From Verrucomicrobiota bacterium (GTDB lineage Bacteria; Verrucomicrobiota; Lentisphaeria; Lentisphaerales; Lentisphaeraceae): a stretch of DNA of 35,030 bases. The notes beneath the pieces were generated by a model, which did not search any database, was not told the origin of the DNA, and worked only from the letters and a program-made list of their open reading frames with translations. Shown here piece by piece: positions 17,868 to 26,993 of this stretch (positions within the stretch are counted from its first letter, which is position 1; the number at the start of each line of letters is the position of its first letter). The DNA lies in NCBI GenBank assembly GCA_039798785.1, contig JBDKFG010000055.1, positions 1 to 35,030 of the forward strand, read 5' to 3'. Both the position numbers and the translations under genes were made by a program.

Positions 17868-18497
17868 ATGATAATGAAGCTCTCCACAATTTCAGCCGCT
17901 CTCACCCTTCTCATATTTTCAAGCTGCGGGATCATGCGGACCTATGATGTATCGCAGTCCGTAATCGCTCACAAAAGCCAATTCCAATGTAAGTCGGGAA
18001 GTTCCGAAGCCGACAAAATTTGCTTCTTTCCGGCTCAGGCGGTAAGGGACTATTTGTGCGGGCTCCCCGTGCCGGATGATGCCACCTGCGGTCAGGTGAA
18101 GAAAAAAAACGGCGACTTGTTTCTCATCGTGGTCGAGAAAGACAGTCATCTCGCCCAGGAATACGGATGGCAGGGTGGGAAGTGGATTCTGCTACAAACG
18201 GTGGATCTGGCTGCCAATCCAAATTCCTCTGCCTCAAACAAATTAAATGACACGATTGAAGAAATTAGAAAAGAAAGAGATTTCTATCGCGATAGTTCAC
18301 CAGGTTGTGCTGATGGTACAGGTCAACTTTATAAAATAACGAATGCTTACCGGAAAGCGGTTGAGCATTTAACACCCGATGAAATAGAGGCTGTCGATCG
18401 GGCCTTAGGGCCGCCTCGCAACAACACAAAGACAGCACCTGACCGGGTGACTGGAAGCCAGCCTGCAAGCAATTTACCGATGAACACAACTCACTAA
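17868..18497 (+). CDS. Hypothetical lipoprotein (209 aa, low GC)
   Basis: MKLS..LLIFSS-CG lipobox-like signal; Cys-containing mature part. Confidence 0.75.
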   Translation: MIMKLSTISAALTLLIFSSCGIMRTYDVSQSVIAHKSQFQCKSGSSEADKICFFPAQAVRDYLCGLPVPDDATCGQVKKKNGDLFLIVVEKDSHLAQEYGWQGGKWILLQTVDLAANPNSSASNKLNDTIEEIRKERDFYRDSSPGCADGTGQLYKITNAYRKAVEHLTPDEIEAVDRALGPPRNNTKTAPDRVTGSQPASNLPMNTTH

Positions 18498-18512
18498 AAC
18501 CTCGAGAAAACC

Positions 18513-20618
18513 ATGCTCTGCTCCATCTCATTTCAAAATCTACAGCATCTCGCCTGGATCCTGCCCTTGGCGGCGCTGCCGCTGATCGTCCACCTGCTCA
18601 ACCGCAAGCGGCCGCCGGTGCTGGCCTTCCCTTCGGTGACGATGATCCGCCTGGCCGAGGCGGCCTCGACCCGGCTCTTCCGGCTGCGCCATCTCATCCT
18701 GCTGCTGCTGCGCACCGCCGCGGCCCTGCTCCTCATCGCCGCCGTGCTGCGCCCCCTGATGTCGAGCTACGGCAAGCCCAAGGATTTGAAACAGCGGCGC
18801 AACGCCTTGATCATCCTCGACCACTCGCACTCGATGTCGTCCCAGAACGAAGGCCTCGCGCCTCGCGATCGCGCCTTGATCGAACTCGAAAGCATCCTCG
18901 GCCAGCTCAAGTCCGACGACCGCGCCGGCCTCATCGCCGCCGGCGCCGAGCCGAAGCTCGCCTTCGACGAGCTCAGCACCCGCCACTCCGACCTGCTCCG
19001 CTTCGCCCGCGACCTGCCGCCCTCTTATAGCCGCTGCCATGTCGTCGCCGCCCTGAACCAGGCGAAGCGCCTCGCCGCGTCCCTGCACGAACCCTGCGAC
19101 ATCTTCGTCATCAGCGACTTCCAACGCTCCGACTGGGCCGCCGCCCAGCTCGACCGAAATGACCCGCTGATTCGCTTCATCCTCGTCCCGGTCGGACCGA
19201 AACAGAGCGACAACCACGCCGTCACCTCGATCCGCTGCGCTTCGTCGCGCCTCGTCGCCGGCCAAAGCGCCCCGCTCGACATCCGCGTCGCCAACCACGG
19301 ACCGCAAAGCTTCTCCTCGACCCTGCGGATCCAGGCCGGCCAGGAAAACCTCAGCCTCCAGGTCGAGCTTGCACCGTGGAGCAGCCGCACCCTGCGAGCT
19401 CAGATCCCGCTGCGCCAGGCCGGACTCATGGCGGTCAGCGCCAGCCTTCCCAAGGACGATCTTCCCGGCGACGACAGCTTCCACGGCATCCTCCAGGTCA
19501 GCGACCGCGAGGAGGTGGTGCTGATCACCGACGAAGGCGATTCACTGCCCTCCCCCGGCTTTTTCCTCAAGGCCGCGATCGATCCTTTCGAACAGGAACG
19601 CGGCGGCTTCCGGGTCAGCGTCTGCGACTCCCGCAACCTCAACTCCGCCACCCTGGCGAGAACCCAGCGGATCATCCTCTCCGGCCTTGCCCCCTTGGGC
19701 GACAAGCAGATGCGGATCCTCAGCGAAGCCCTGCAGCGCGGTGCCGGCATCCTCTGGTTCCTCGACGGCGAAAACGACGGTGCCAATCTCGACGCCTTCG
19801 CCAAGACTCTTCCCGGCTCGTTGCCGGTGCTCTCCGGCCCCCGTCTCGACGCCCGCAACCTGCCCGGCGGCCGCCTGCAATTGCTTCAGGGCGATTTCCG
19901 TTCACCCTGGCTCGCCCCCTTCGAATCGATGAAGTCGCGAGCCACTCTTTCCGCCATCTCCTTCCACGAGCTCCTCGGCCTGCGCGCCTCGGGAACCGGC
20001 AAGGTGCTGCTCTCCTTCTCCGACGGCACCCCCGCCATCGCCATCGCCCCCGCCGGCCTCGGCCGCATCGTCATCGCCAACTTCTCCGCCCGCGAAACAT
20101 CTTCCGACATCGCCTCGCGCCAGATCTTCCCCGGCTGGATGCAGCAGCTCTGCGCCCGCCTCGGCCCAGACACCAGCCCGGTCCTCAGCGCCGCCGCCGG
20201 CAACGAGATCAGCAAGGATTTCTGGAGCGCCGACCTCAAGGGCGCCCGCCTCGTCGACCCCAGCAACAAGAGCCGCTCCGTCGAGAACGGCGGCGGCCAG
20301 GAACAGCGCCACCGCTTCGCTTTCCGCCCCGAGTCTCCCGGCCTTTGGAAGCTCGACAAGTCCGACGGCAAAAACCTCTACACCTGGGCGGTCTCCTGCC
20401 CGGAAAACGAAGCCGACCTGCGCCCCATCCCGCTGACTTCGATCCCGGGCTATGCCAAGGGCGGCGCCGTCACCGCGCAAGGTGCTGCGGCCTACAAGGA
20501 GCTCAACCAGGGACTGCCCGCCGCCCACTTCTTCCTCCTCGCCGCCCTGCTCCTGCTGGTCTCCGAGCTACTCCTCCCCTTCCTCCTCGCCCGCCGCCGC
20601 CACGCGGCTCAATCCTGA
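18513..20618 (+). CDS. BatA-domain / VWA membrane protein
   Basis: N-terminal PLIVHLL.R.R....FPS...LL.LR...RP double-TM, ILDHSHSM MIDAS-like motif, VISDFQ, an Ig-like segment (RVANHG, DDL.GDD) and a C-terminal TM. Confidence 0.9.
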   Translation: MLCSISFQNLQHLAWILPLAALPLIVHLLNRKRPPVLAFPSVTMIRLAEAASTRLFRLRHLILLLLRTAAALLLIAAVLRPLMSSYGKPKDLKQRRNALIILDHSHSMSSQNEGLAPRDRALIELESILGQLKSDDRAGLIAAGAEPKLAFDELSTRHSDLLRFARDLPPSYSRCHVVAALNQAKRLAASLHEPCDIFVISDFQRSDWAAAQLDRNDPLIRFILVPVGPKQSDNHAVTSIRCASSRLVAGQSAPLDIRVANHGPQSFSSTLRIQAGQENLSLQVELAPWSSRTLRAQIPLRQAGLMAVSASLPKDDLPGDDSFHGILQVSDREEVVLITDEGDSLPSPGFFLKAAIDPFEQERGGFRVSVCDSRNLNSATLARTQRIILSGLAPLGDKQMRILSEALQRGAGILWFLDGENDGANLDAFAKTLPGSLPVLSGPRLDARNLPGGRLQLLQGDFRSPWLAPFESMKSRATLSAISFHELLGLRASGTGKVLLSFSDGTPAIAIAPAGLGRIVIANFSARETSSDIASRQIFPGWMQQLCARLGPDTSPVLSAAAGNEISKDFWSADLKGARLVDPSNKSRSVENGGGQEQRHRFAFRPESPGLWKLDKSDGKNLYTWAVSCPENEADLRPIPLTSIPGYAKGGAVTAQGAAAYKELNQGLPAAHFFLLAALLLLVSELLLPFLLARRRHAAQS

Positions 20619-20634
20619 TCCCCGGTTCCGCCCC

Positions 20635-22776
20635 ATGTCCACCGTCCTCAATCCCCTCATCCCGCCCGCCGCCATCGCCGTCATCGGCAGCGGCCTGACC
20701 CTCCTCACCCTCTGGGCCTTCTTCCGCCATCCCGGACGCGTCCCTCTGGGCCGGCGCGTCACCCTCGTGCTGCTGCGCCTGATCAGTTGCGCCGCGATCT
20801 GCGCCGCCCTGCTGCAGCCGTCCTGGCGCGACGACACGCCCAAGAATATCACCCAGCGCGTCGCCGTGGTTCTCGACGACTCCTTGTCGATGGCCCGCCG
20901 CGAAAGCCCCAAGTCGCCCTCGCGCTTCGACACGGCGCGCCAGCACGCCCTGGAAGTCGCGACGCCCGGTTATCCGCTCGAATACAGCCTCTTGGCCGAC
21001 TCGCTCCGCCCGAGCAGCCGCGAGGCCCTGCCCAAACTCACCCCCAAAGGACTCGACAGCCGCTTCGCCCCCTGCCTCGACAGCCTCGTCGCCGACCCGG
21101 CCAGGCCCGCGCCGGTGCTCGCCTTGCTCTTCTCCGACGGCCGCGACCTGGCCGGAGCCATCCCCGAGGAGATCGGCCGCCAACTCCTGTCGCGCGGCAC
21201 CCGCCTCTACGCCGTCCCCTGCGGCTCCGACACGCCGCTGCGCAACATCCAGGTCTCGCTCCGTTCGCTCCAGCCGGTCTTCCTGAAGGGCCAGCCGGTG
21301 ATGCTCGAGGCCCGCCTGCGCTTCAGCTCGGCGCAGTTCCTCAAGGCCCGCCTCAGCCTTTTGCGCGACGGCCAGCCGATGCAGGAACGAGTCATCGACA
21401 TCGGCGAAGAAGCCGAAACCCTGGAAGTCTTCTCCCTGCCCGAGCAGCCCGAAGGCCAACACACCTACACTCTCAAGGCCGCCCCCCTGCCGGAAGAGAC
21501 CGAGCTTTCCGACAACGAGGCGCACTGCTTCACCCAGGTCAGCCACCAGCGCCTCCGCCTCCTCTTCGCCGAAGGCGAGCCGGGCTGGGATTCCACCTTC
21601 CTGCGCCGCTTCCTCCTCGCCAACCCGCGCGTCGATATCGACGCCTTCACCGCGGTGCGCTCCGGCTCCTTCGCCTCCCTGTCCTCAAGCGGCACCACCC
21701 CTCGCCTGCCCCTCAGCGCCCAGGAGTTCCGAGCTTACGACCTGATCATCCTCGGCCGCGATGTCGATGCCATCTTCCCTCCCGCCGCCCTGCTCGCCCT
21801 CGACAACGCCGTCGCCGACCTCGGCCTGCCAATGATCCTCGCCCGCGGCAATCCAAGCAGCGCCCCCCAGACCTTCGCCCCCTGCACCTGGGGAGCCGAA
21901 GGAGTGGAAAACGCCCAGCTCCGCGCCGCCCCTTCGCAAAGCGCCAACTTCCTCCCTAGCAACGCCCCAGGCGTGGCCCTCTGCCGCAAGCTCGCCAACC
22001 GCAAGCCTCTCAGCACCGTCTTGGTAGAAGCAGCCGAGCTCCATGGCCAAAGCTTTCCCGCCCTGCTGCAGCGCCGCCACGGCCGCGGCCTCGTCCTCTC
22101 CTGCGGCGCCGAAGGCCTGTGGAAGTGGAGCTTCCAGCCTCCTGCCGCCACACCTAAAGACGACCACTCCGCCGCCTTCACTTTCTTCTGGGAGCAGCTC
22201 ATCCTCCAGACCGCCCTCGGCGGCGAACTGCCGCCGGGCGCCGACTTCGCCTTGAATCCCGCCAGCGATTCGGTCCAGCCCGGCGCCGAACTGGTCATCT
22301 CCCTGGTCGCCCGCGACAGCGCCCGCCTCGCCTCGGTGTCCCGCCGGATCAGCCTGGTCCAGCCCGACGGCAGCAGCCTCAAGCTCGACCTGCTCCCGGT
22401 TCCTGACGCCCCCGACCGCCTCGCCGCCAGTTTCGTCCCGGCCCAGCCCGGCATCTACCGCGGCGAACTCCTCGCCTCGGAAGGGCAATTGCTGAGCTGC
22501 CGCTTCGCCGCCGTCATCAGCTCGCGCGAAGCCGCCGAGTCCCGCCCCGATCACGAATTCCTCCGCCGCCTCAGCAACGCCAGCGGCGGCAGCCTCCTCA
22601 AACCGGAAGAACTCAACACCCTCCCCTCCCTGGTCAAACAGGCCCTCAGCCAGACCCAGCCGCTCCGCCAGGAAGCCCGCCTCGAACCGCTCTGGGACAC
22701 CCCGCTCTACCTCGCCCTCCTGATGGCCGTCCTCACCCTCGAATGGTTCCTCCGCCGCCGCTGGGGAATGGTGTAA
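20635..22776 (+). CDS. VWA plus GATase-like membrane protein of MoxR clusters (713 aa)
   Basis: N-terminal TMs ..LLQP, VLDDSLSM, LFSDG, YDLIIL, G.G.V...G.EGLWKW, FW.Q and a C-terminal EWFLRRRWG. Confidence 0.85.
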   Translation: MSTVLNPLIPPAAIAVIGSGLTLLTLWAFFRHPGRVPLGRRVTLVLLRLISCAAICAALLQPSWRDDTPKNITQRVAVVLDDSLSMARRESPKSPSRFDTARQHALEVATPGYPLEYSLLADSLRPSSREALPKLTPKGLDSRFAPCLDSLVADPARPAPVLALLFSDGRDLAGAIPEEIGRQLLSRGTRLYAVPCGSDTPLRNIQVSLRSLQPVFLKGQPVMLEARLRFSSAQFLKARLSLLRDGQPMQERVIDIGEEAETLEVFSLPEQPEGQHTYTLKAAPLPEETELSDNEAHCFTQVSHQRLRLLFAEGEPGWDSTFLRRFLLANPRVDIDAFTAVRSGSFASLSSSGTTPRLPLSAQEFRAYDLIILGRDVDAIFPPAALLALDNAVADLGLPMILARGNPSSAPQTFAPCTWGAEGVENAQLRAAPSQSANFLPSNAPGVALCRKLANRKPLSTVLVEAAELHGQSFPALLQRRHGRGLVLSCGAEGLWKWSFQPPAATPKDDHSAAFTFFWEQLILQTALGGELPPGADFALNPASDSVQPGAELVISLVARDSARLASVSRRISLVQPDGSSLKLDLLPVPDAPDRLAASFVPAQPGIYRGELLASEGQLLSCRFAAVISSREAAESRPDHEFLRRLSNASGGSLLKPEELNTLPSLVKQALSQTQPLRQEARLEPLWDTPLYLALLMAVLTLEWFLRRRWGMV

Positions 22777-22780
22777 GCAA

Positions 22781-22849
22781 TTAAGAGTTAAGAGTTAAGA
22801 GTTAAGAGTTAAGAGTTAAGAGTTAAGAGTTAAGAGTTAAGAGTTAAGA
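22781..22849 (+). repeat. Perfect heptamer array (TTAAGAG) x9 plus a 6-nt partial copy
   Basis: Counted directly; ends 1 nt before the ATG at 22851. Confidence 0.98.
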
Positions 22850-22850
22850 A

Positions 22851-23243
22851 ATGAACAACACGAACAACATGAACAACGCGAACGACAAAACGACTGACAA
22901 GGTTGCGCTTGCAAAAAGCTACGCCTTCGCGGTGCGCACCGTGAAGCTCTATCAGCATCTTTCTAGCGAGAAGCGCGAATTCGTCCTATCCAAGCAAATC
23001 CTCCGATCCGGAACTAGCATCGGAGCCAATATCGAGGAAGCCACTGGTGCACAATCTCGACCAGATTTCATCTCGAAAATCGGCATTGCCTACAAAGAAG
23101 CTCGCGAGACTTGCTATTGGCTTCGGCTCCTGAAAGACACAGACTATCTCTCGACTCATCAATTCGACAGCATCTACAGCGATGCCGATGAACTCTGCCG
23201 CATTCTCGCCTCGATCAAAAAATCGACCATCCACAACTCCTGA
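22851..23243 (+). CDS. Four helix bundle protein (23S rRNA intervening-sequence protein / TIGR02436-like family)
   Basis: KSYAFA, E.VLSKQILRSGTSIGANIEEA..AQSR.DFISK..IA.KEARET.YWLRLL signature; lower GC than flanks. Confidence 0.95.
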   Translation: MNNTNNMNNANDKTTDKVALAKSYAFAVRTVKLYQHLSSEKREFVLSKQILRSGTSIGANIEEATGAQSRPDFISKIGIAYKEARETCYWLRLLKDTDYLSTHQFDSIYSDADELCRILASIKKSTIHNS

Positions 23244-23292
23244 CTTAACTCTTAACTCTTAACTCTTAACTCTTAACTCTTAACTCTTAACT
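23244..23292 (+). repeat. Perfect heptamer array (CTTAACT) x7, the reverse complement of the upstream array
   Basis: Counted directly; begins immediately after the TGA at 23241-23243. Confidence 0.98.
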
Positions 23293-23304
23293 GGATTGCG
23301 TACA

Positions 23305-26166
23305 ATGAGATCCGATCTCCTCCACGCGGACTTCCGCCGCCGCTGCCGCCTGAGCCTGTTCACTGCGCTGAAAAGCCTGCCGGTCTGGCCCTGGCTGGTC
23401 CTAGCCTTGGCTCTGCTCGACGCCCTCTGGCCCCTGCCGGACGGCCTCCGCCGCGCCCTCGCCTTCGCTTTCCTCGGTGCCTTCCTGATCTGGCTCGGCT
23501 TCCTCGCCGTCAAGGCCCTGCGCCGCACCGCCAGTGAGGCGGAAATCGCCCTCGACATCGAACGCCGCCATGGCGCCCTCGGCTCCGCCCTGAGCAACAC
23601 CCTAGACCTCGAGAAACAGCTCAATGCCGGTTGCCTCCGCCCACGCTCGCAAGGCCTGGCCAAATCCGCCCTCGAAGACTACCGGAAACGGGTCGCCGGT
23701 TTCGACCTCGGCCGCGCCCTCCTCCCTCCCGCCCCGGTCCGCTCCTTGCAACGCGCCGGCTTCGCTCTCGCCATCGCCCTCACTCTCGCCGCCATCTTCC
23801 ACTCACAAGTCGCCCACCAGTGCCGCCGCTACCTCAGCTCAAGCGCCGAAGTGCCGCCGCTCTCCGACATCATCCTCACCCTCAAAGCCCCCAGCAGCGT
23901 CCTCTACGGCTCGCCCCTCCTCGTCGAAGTCATGGCCGAAGGACGCGACCCCGGGGAAGTCCAGATCACCTGGAGAAACGCCGATGGCAAATCCGAACCC
24001 GTCACCCTGCCGCTGTTCCGCAAAGCCGAAGGCTCCTACGCCGTCCAGATCGCCTCCGTTCGCTCCGATCTCGTCCTCCAAGCCCACACCCCCGACGGCC
24101 GCTCGCTCTCGACCAAGGTGCCGGTCAAGGTCATCCTCACCCCGCGTTTCGAGAACGCCGAACTGACGATCAAATACCCCGAATACACCGGCCTGCCTCC
24201 CCGCAGCTCTCCCTGGCCCTATTCCGACATCAAGGTCCTGAGCGGCTCGACCCTCGACTTCGTCATCCACTCCAACCGCCCCCTCGCCAGCGGCAGCCTC
24301 GCCATCCTCGATCCCTTCGGCGGCGCCCCGGAACTCTCCCCGATGAAGGCCGACAAATCCGCCCCCGCCAGCGTCGCGGCCAGCCTCCTCGCCAATCGCA
24401 ACATGCGCCTCCAGCTCAGCCTCGTCGACACCGCCGGCAACCCCTCCAGCGAAAACCGCGAATTCGCCGTCGCCATCACCGAGGACAAGGAACCGAGCCT
24501 CGACTTCGTCACGCCCGACAAGGACTCCTTCATCGCCGACGACCACAGCTTCACCCTGAAGGTCCGAGCCAGCGACGACTACGGCATCGCCTCGATCCGA
24601 CTCCACACCTCGGTCAACGGCAAGGATCCCCAGAAATATCCCTACGCCATCGCCGCCAAACCGCCGCAGCTCAGCGCCGTCGCCGAATTGCCGATCTCGA
24701 TCCGCAAGCTCGGCCTGAAGGAAGGCGACACCCTCACCCTGCAAGCCGAAACCGTCGACAACTGCCCCTCGCCGCACCTCGTCCTCTCCCGCATCATCAC
24801 TCTCACCGTGGTGTCGAAAGAGGATTATAACGAATACCTGCGCCAGACCACCAGCTTCGACATGGTGATCGAGAAATACTCCCAGGTCGCCGGCAAGATG
24901 CACGACCTGGCCGAGCTGCAGAAACAGCTCGCCAAGGACATCGCCGAGCACCAGGCCGACCCGAAGAAGCACAGCGACACCAACCTGCTGAAGCGCCAGG
25001 CGGAACTCGCCGCCCGCACCCAGGATCTCGCCAAGGATCTCCGCGCCCTGAACCGCGACAAGCCTCTCTACGACATCGAGAAGGAAGTCGGCAAGGAACT
25101 GGAAGAGCTTGCGGCCGAGCTCGAAAAGGCCGCCCAGGAAGCTCAGGAAGCGGCGGACAAAGCGGCTGCCGGCGCCAAGCCTACGCCTCGCGCCCTCCAG
25201 GATCTCGCCAAAGCCGCCGAAAAACTCGCCGAAAAACTCGGCGGCGGCGCCCAGGAAGCTCAAGAGGAACTCGTCCCGGCCCTCGAGGAAGTCGCCTTGA
25301 TGGAAGCCCTCGTCCGCGATTTCAACCTGATCGAAGAACTCACCCGCAAACAAGCCCAGCTCGCCGCCGCCACCCGCCGCTTTGACAACCCCCGCCAACT
25401 CGACGCCCAGGACCGCCTCGCCCTCAGCCGCTTGTCGAAAGAGCAGAAGCGCGTCGCCGATTTACTCGCCACCATCCCCGACAGCCTCCGCGCCAACGCC
25501 GAACTGGCCCAGGACGTCTTCCCGAAAGCCGCCGAATCCGCCCTCGAAATGGCCGAACGCCTCGACGAACTCGCCCTGCATGAGCTCGGCGACGAAGCCG
25601 CCACCGCCCTCCTCACCTACCAGGGCCAAGCCGCCGCCGAACTCACCGAAAGCCTGCACCAGCAACTCCTCTCCCTCTTCGAAAAGGGCCAGAACTGCGA
25701 AGGCGCCTGCCAGGCCAACAACAACGAGTTCGACCAGCACCTCCGCCTCCTGCGCCAGCTCAAGCCCGGCAAGACCTTCTCGCAACTGTGCAAGGGTCGG
25801 AAAGGCAAAGGCAAGCCTGGTCAAGGTCAAGGACAAGGTTCGGGTTCGGGCCAAGGCGAAGGCGAAGGTTCCAGCGCCCAGCCGGGCTACAACGCCGGCT
25901 CCGGCGAGTTCGGCCTGATGGGTTCGGAAAGCCTGTCGAAACGCCGCCACGACGGCAAGGCCGCCGCCGCCAAGGGTGAACTGAGCAGCGCCAGCGCCCA
26001 GCTCAACCCGGGCGGCAACTCCTCCGACACCAAGCTCGCCAACGCCGAGGCCTCCCCCACCGGCTCCGACGCGCCCCTGAACGAATTCCGCGCCGCCGCC
26101 GATGCCTATTTCAAAAAGGTCGGAGGCTCCACCGAAACCCCTAAAGCGCTCCCCAAAAACAACTGA
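23305..26166 (+). CDS. DUF4175-like membrane protein with Ig-like and coiled-coil regions (about 953 aa)
   Basis: N-terminal TMs, YPEYTG, D..P.L, ASDDYGI, a long Q/E/A coiled coil, a Gly-rich linker and a C-terminal ..YF motif; typical of these clusters. Confidence 0.75.
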   Translation: MRSDLLHADFRRRCRLSLFTALKSLPVWPWLVLALALLDALWPLPDGLRRALAFAFLGAFLIWLGFLAVKALRRTASEAEIALDIERRHGALGSALSNTLDLEKQLNAGCLRPRSQGLAKSALEDYRKRVAGFDLGRALLPPAPVRSLQRAGFALAIALTLAAIFHSQVAHQCRRYLSSSAEVPPLSDIILTLKAPSSVLYGSPLLVEVMAEGRDPGEVQITWRNADGKSEPVTLPLFRKAEGSYAVQIASVRSDLVLQAHTPDGRSLSTKVPVKVILTPRFENAELTIKYPEYTGLPPRSSPWPYSDIKVLSGSTLDFVIHSNRPLASGSLAILDPFGGAPELSPMKADKSAPASVAASLLANRNMRLQLSLVDTAGNPSSENREFAVAITEDKEPSLDFVTPDKDSFIADDHSFTLKVRASDDYGIASIRLHTSVNGKDPQKYPYAIAAKPPQLSAVAELPISIRKLGLKEGDTLTLQAETVDNCPSPHLVLSRIITLTVVSKEDYNEYLRQTTSFDMVIEKYSQVAGKMHDLAELQKQLAKDIAEHQADPKKHSDTNLLKRQAELAARTQDLAKDLRALNRDKPLYDIEKEVGKELEELAAELEKAAQEAQEAADKAAAGAKPTPRALQDLAKAAEKLAEKLGGGAQEAQEELVPALEEVALMEALVRDFNLIEELTRKQAQLAAATRRFDNPRQLDAQDRLALSRLSKEQKRVADLLATIPDSLRANAELAQDVFPKAAESALEMAERLDELALHELGDEAATALLTYQGQAAAELTESLHQQLLSLFEKGQNCEGACQANNNEFDQHLRLLRQLKPGKTFSQLCKGRKGKGKPGQGQGQGSGSGQGEGEGSSAQPGYNAGSGEFGLMGSESLSKRRHDGKAAAAKGELSSASAQLNPGGNSSDTKLANAEASPTGSDAPLNEFRAAADAYFKKVGGSTETPKALPKNN

Positions 26167-26194
26167 GAGAGCCAAGCCGGAGCTCATGCCGCTC

Positions 26195-26212
26195 ATTCGT
26201 AATTCGTAATTC
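26195..26212. repeat. Short heptamer remnant (ATTCGTA x2 + ATTC)
   Basis: Intergenic, just upstream of the DUF4159-like gene. Confidence 0.5.
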
Positions 26213-26226
26213 CAAAGGATTTCCCC

Positions 26227-26898
26227 ATGCTCCACAAACTCCTCCTCGCTGCGACCGTCTTCCTACTCCCCTCCATGGCGCTCACCAGCGGCGAGGCCAG
26301 CGCCGAACGGGTCGGCGAAATGCAGCAGATCCAGTGCGGCAACCTGGTCTACGCCGGCACCCGCTCCTCCACCTGCTTCGCCGACAAATTCCTCTCCCGT
26401 GTCGCCGCCGAAACCACCGTGCCCGCCGCCCGCTCCTTCACTGACCTCCGCCTCGGCCTGCCGGAATTCTTCAACACCCCCTTCTGCATCGTCTCCGGCG
26501 AAGGCTCCTTCGCCCTCAGCGCCAATGAAATGACCGCCCTCAAGCACCACCTCAACTCCGGCGGCTTCATCCTCGCCTCCCCCTCCTGCTCCAACCGCGA
26601 ATGGGACACCGCCTTCCGCAACATCGTCAACTCCCTCTTCCCCCAAGGCCTGACGACGATCCCGATGGACCACCCGATCTTCTCGATCGTCCACAAAGTC
26701 GACAAGATCACCCTCAAACATGGCGGCAAATCCACCCTCGAGGGACTCTTCATCAACGGGCGCCTCGCCATGGCCTACTCCAAGGACGGCCTCAACGACG
26801 CCCACAACGCCAAGGGCTGCTGCTGCTGCGGCGGCGACATGATCAACGAGTCGCAGCAGATCAACGTCAACATCTTCACCTACTCGATGGCCCGCTGA
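26227..26898 (+). CDS. DUF4159-like exported protein with a CCCC motif
   Basis: Signal peptide, P...SG.G.F.LS..E...LK.HL..GGFI, IP.DHPIF and GCCCCGG near the C-terminus. Confidence 0.85.
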   Translation: MLHKLLLAATVFLLPSMALTSGEASAERVGEMQQIQCGNLVYAGTRSSTCFADKFLSRVAAETTVPAARSFTDLRLGLPEFFNTPFCIVSGEGSFALSANEMTALKHHLNSGGFILASPSCSNREWDTAFRNIVNSLFPQGLTTIPMDHPIFSIVHKVDKITLKHGGKSTLEGLFINGRLAMAYSKDGLNDAHNAKGCCCCGGDMINESQQINVNIFTYSMAR

Positions 26899-26993
26899 TC
26901 CGGGAACAAGGTTGAAAGGCAAGCAGATGAACACGGTAGACCAAGAACAAGACCACGAGCCTCAAAGGCAATCGTTGAGTCCTTCGCTCTTTC

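Noticed and set aside
22851..23243. 23S rRNA gene with an IVS
   Set aside because: The flanks are protein-coding and no rRNA sequence is recognisable
22781..23292. CRISPR array or DGR
   Set aside because: The repeats are contiguous heptamers with no spacers; no cas genes, reverse transcriptase or TR/VR pair is visible in the window
25799..25870. GGCAAA/GGTCAA hexamer-like repeats
   Set aside because: They simply encode the Gly-rich linker of the DUF4175-like protein
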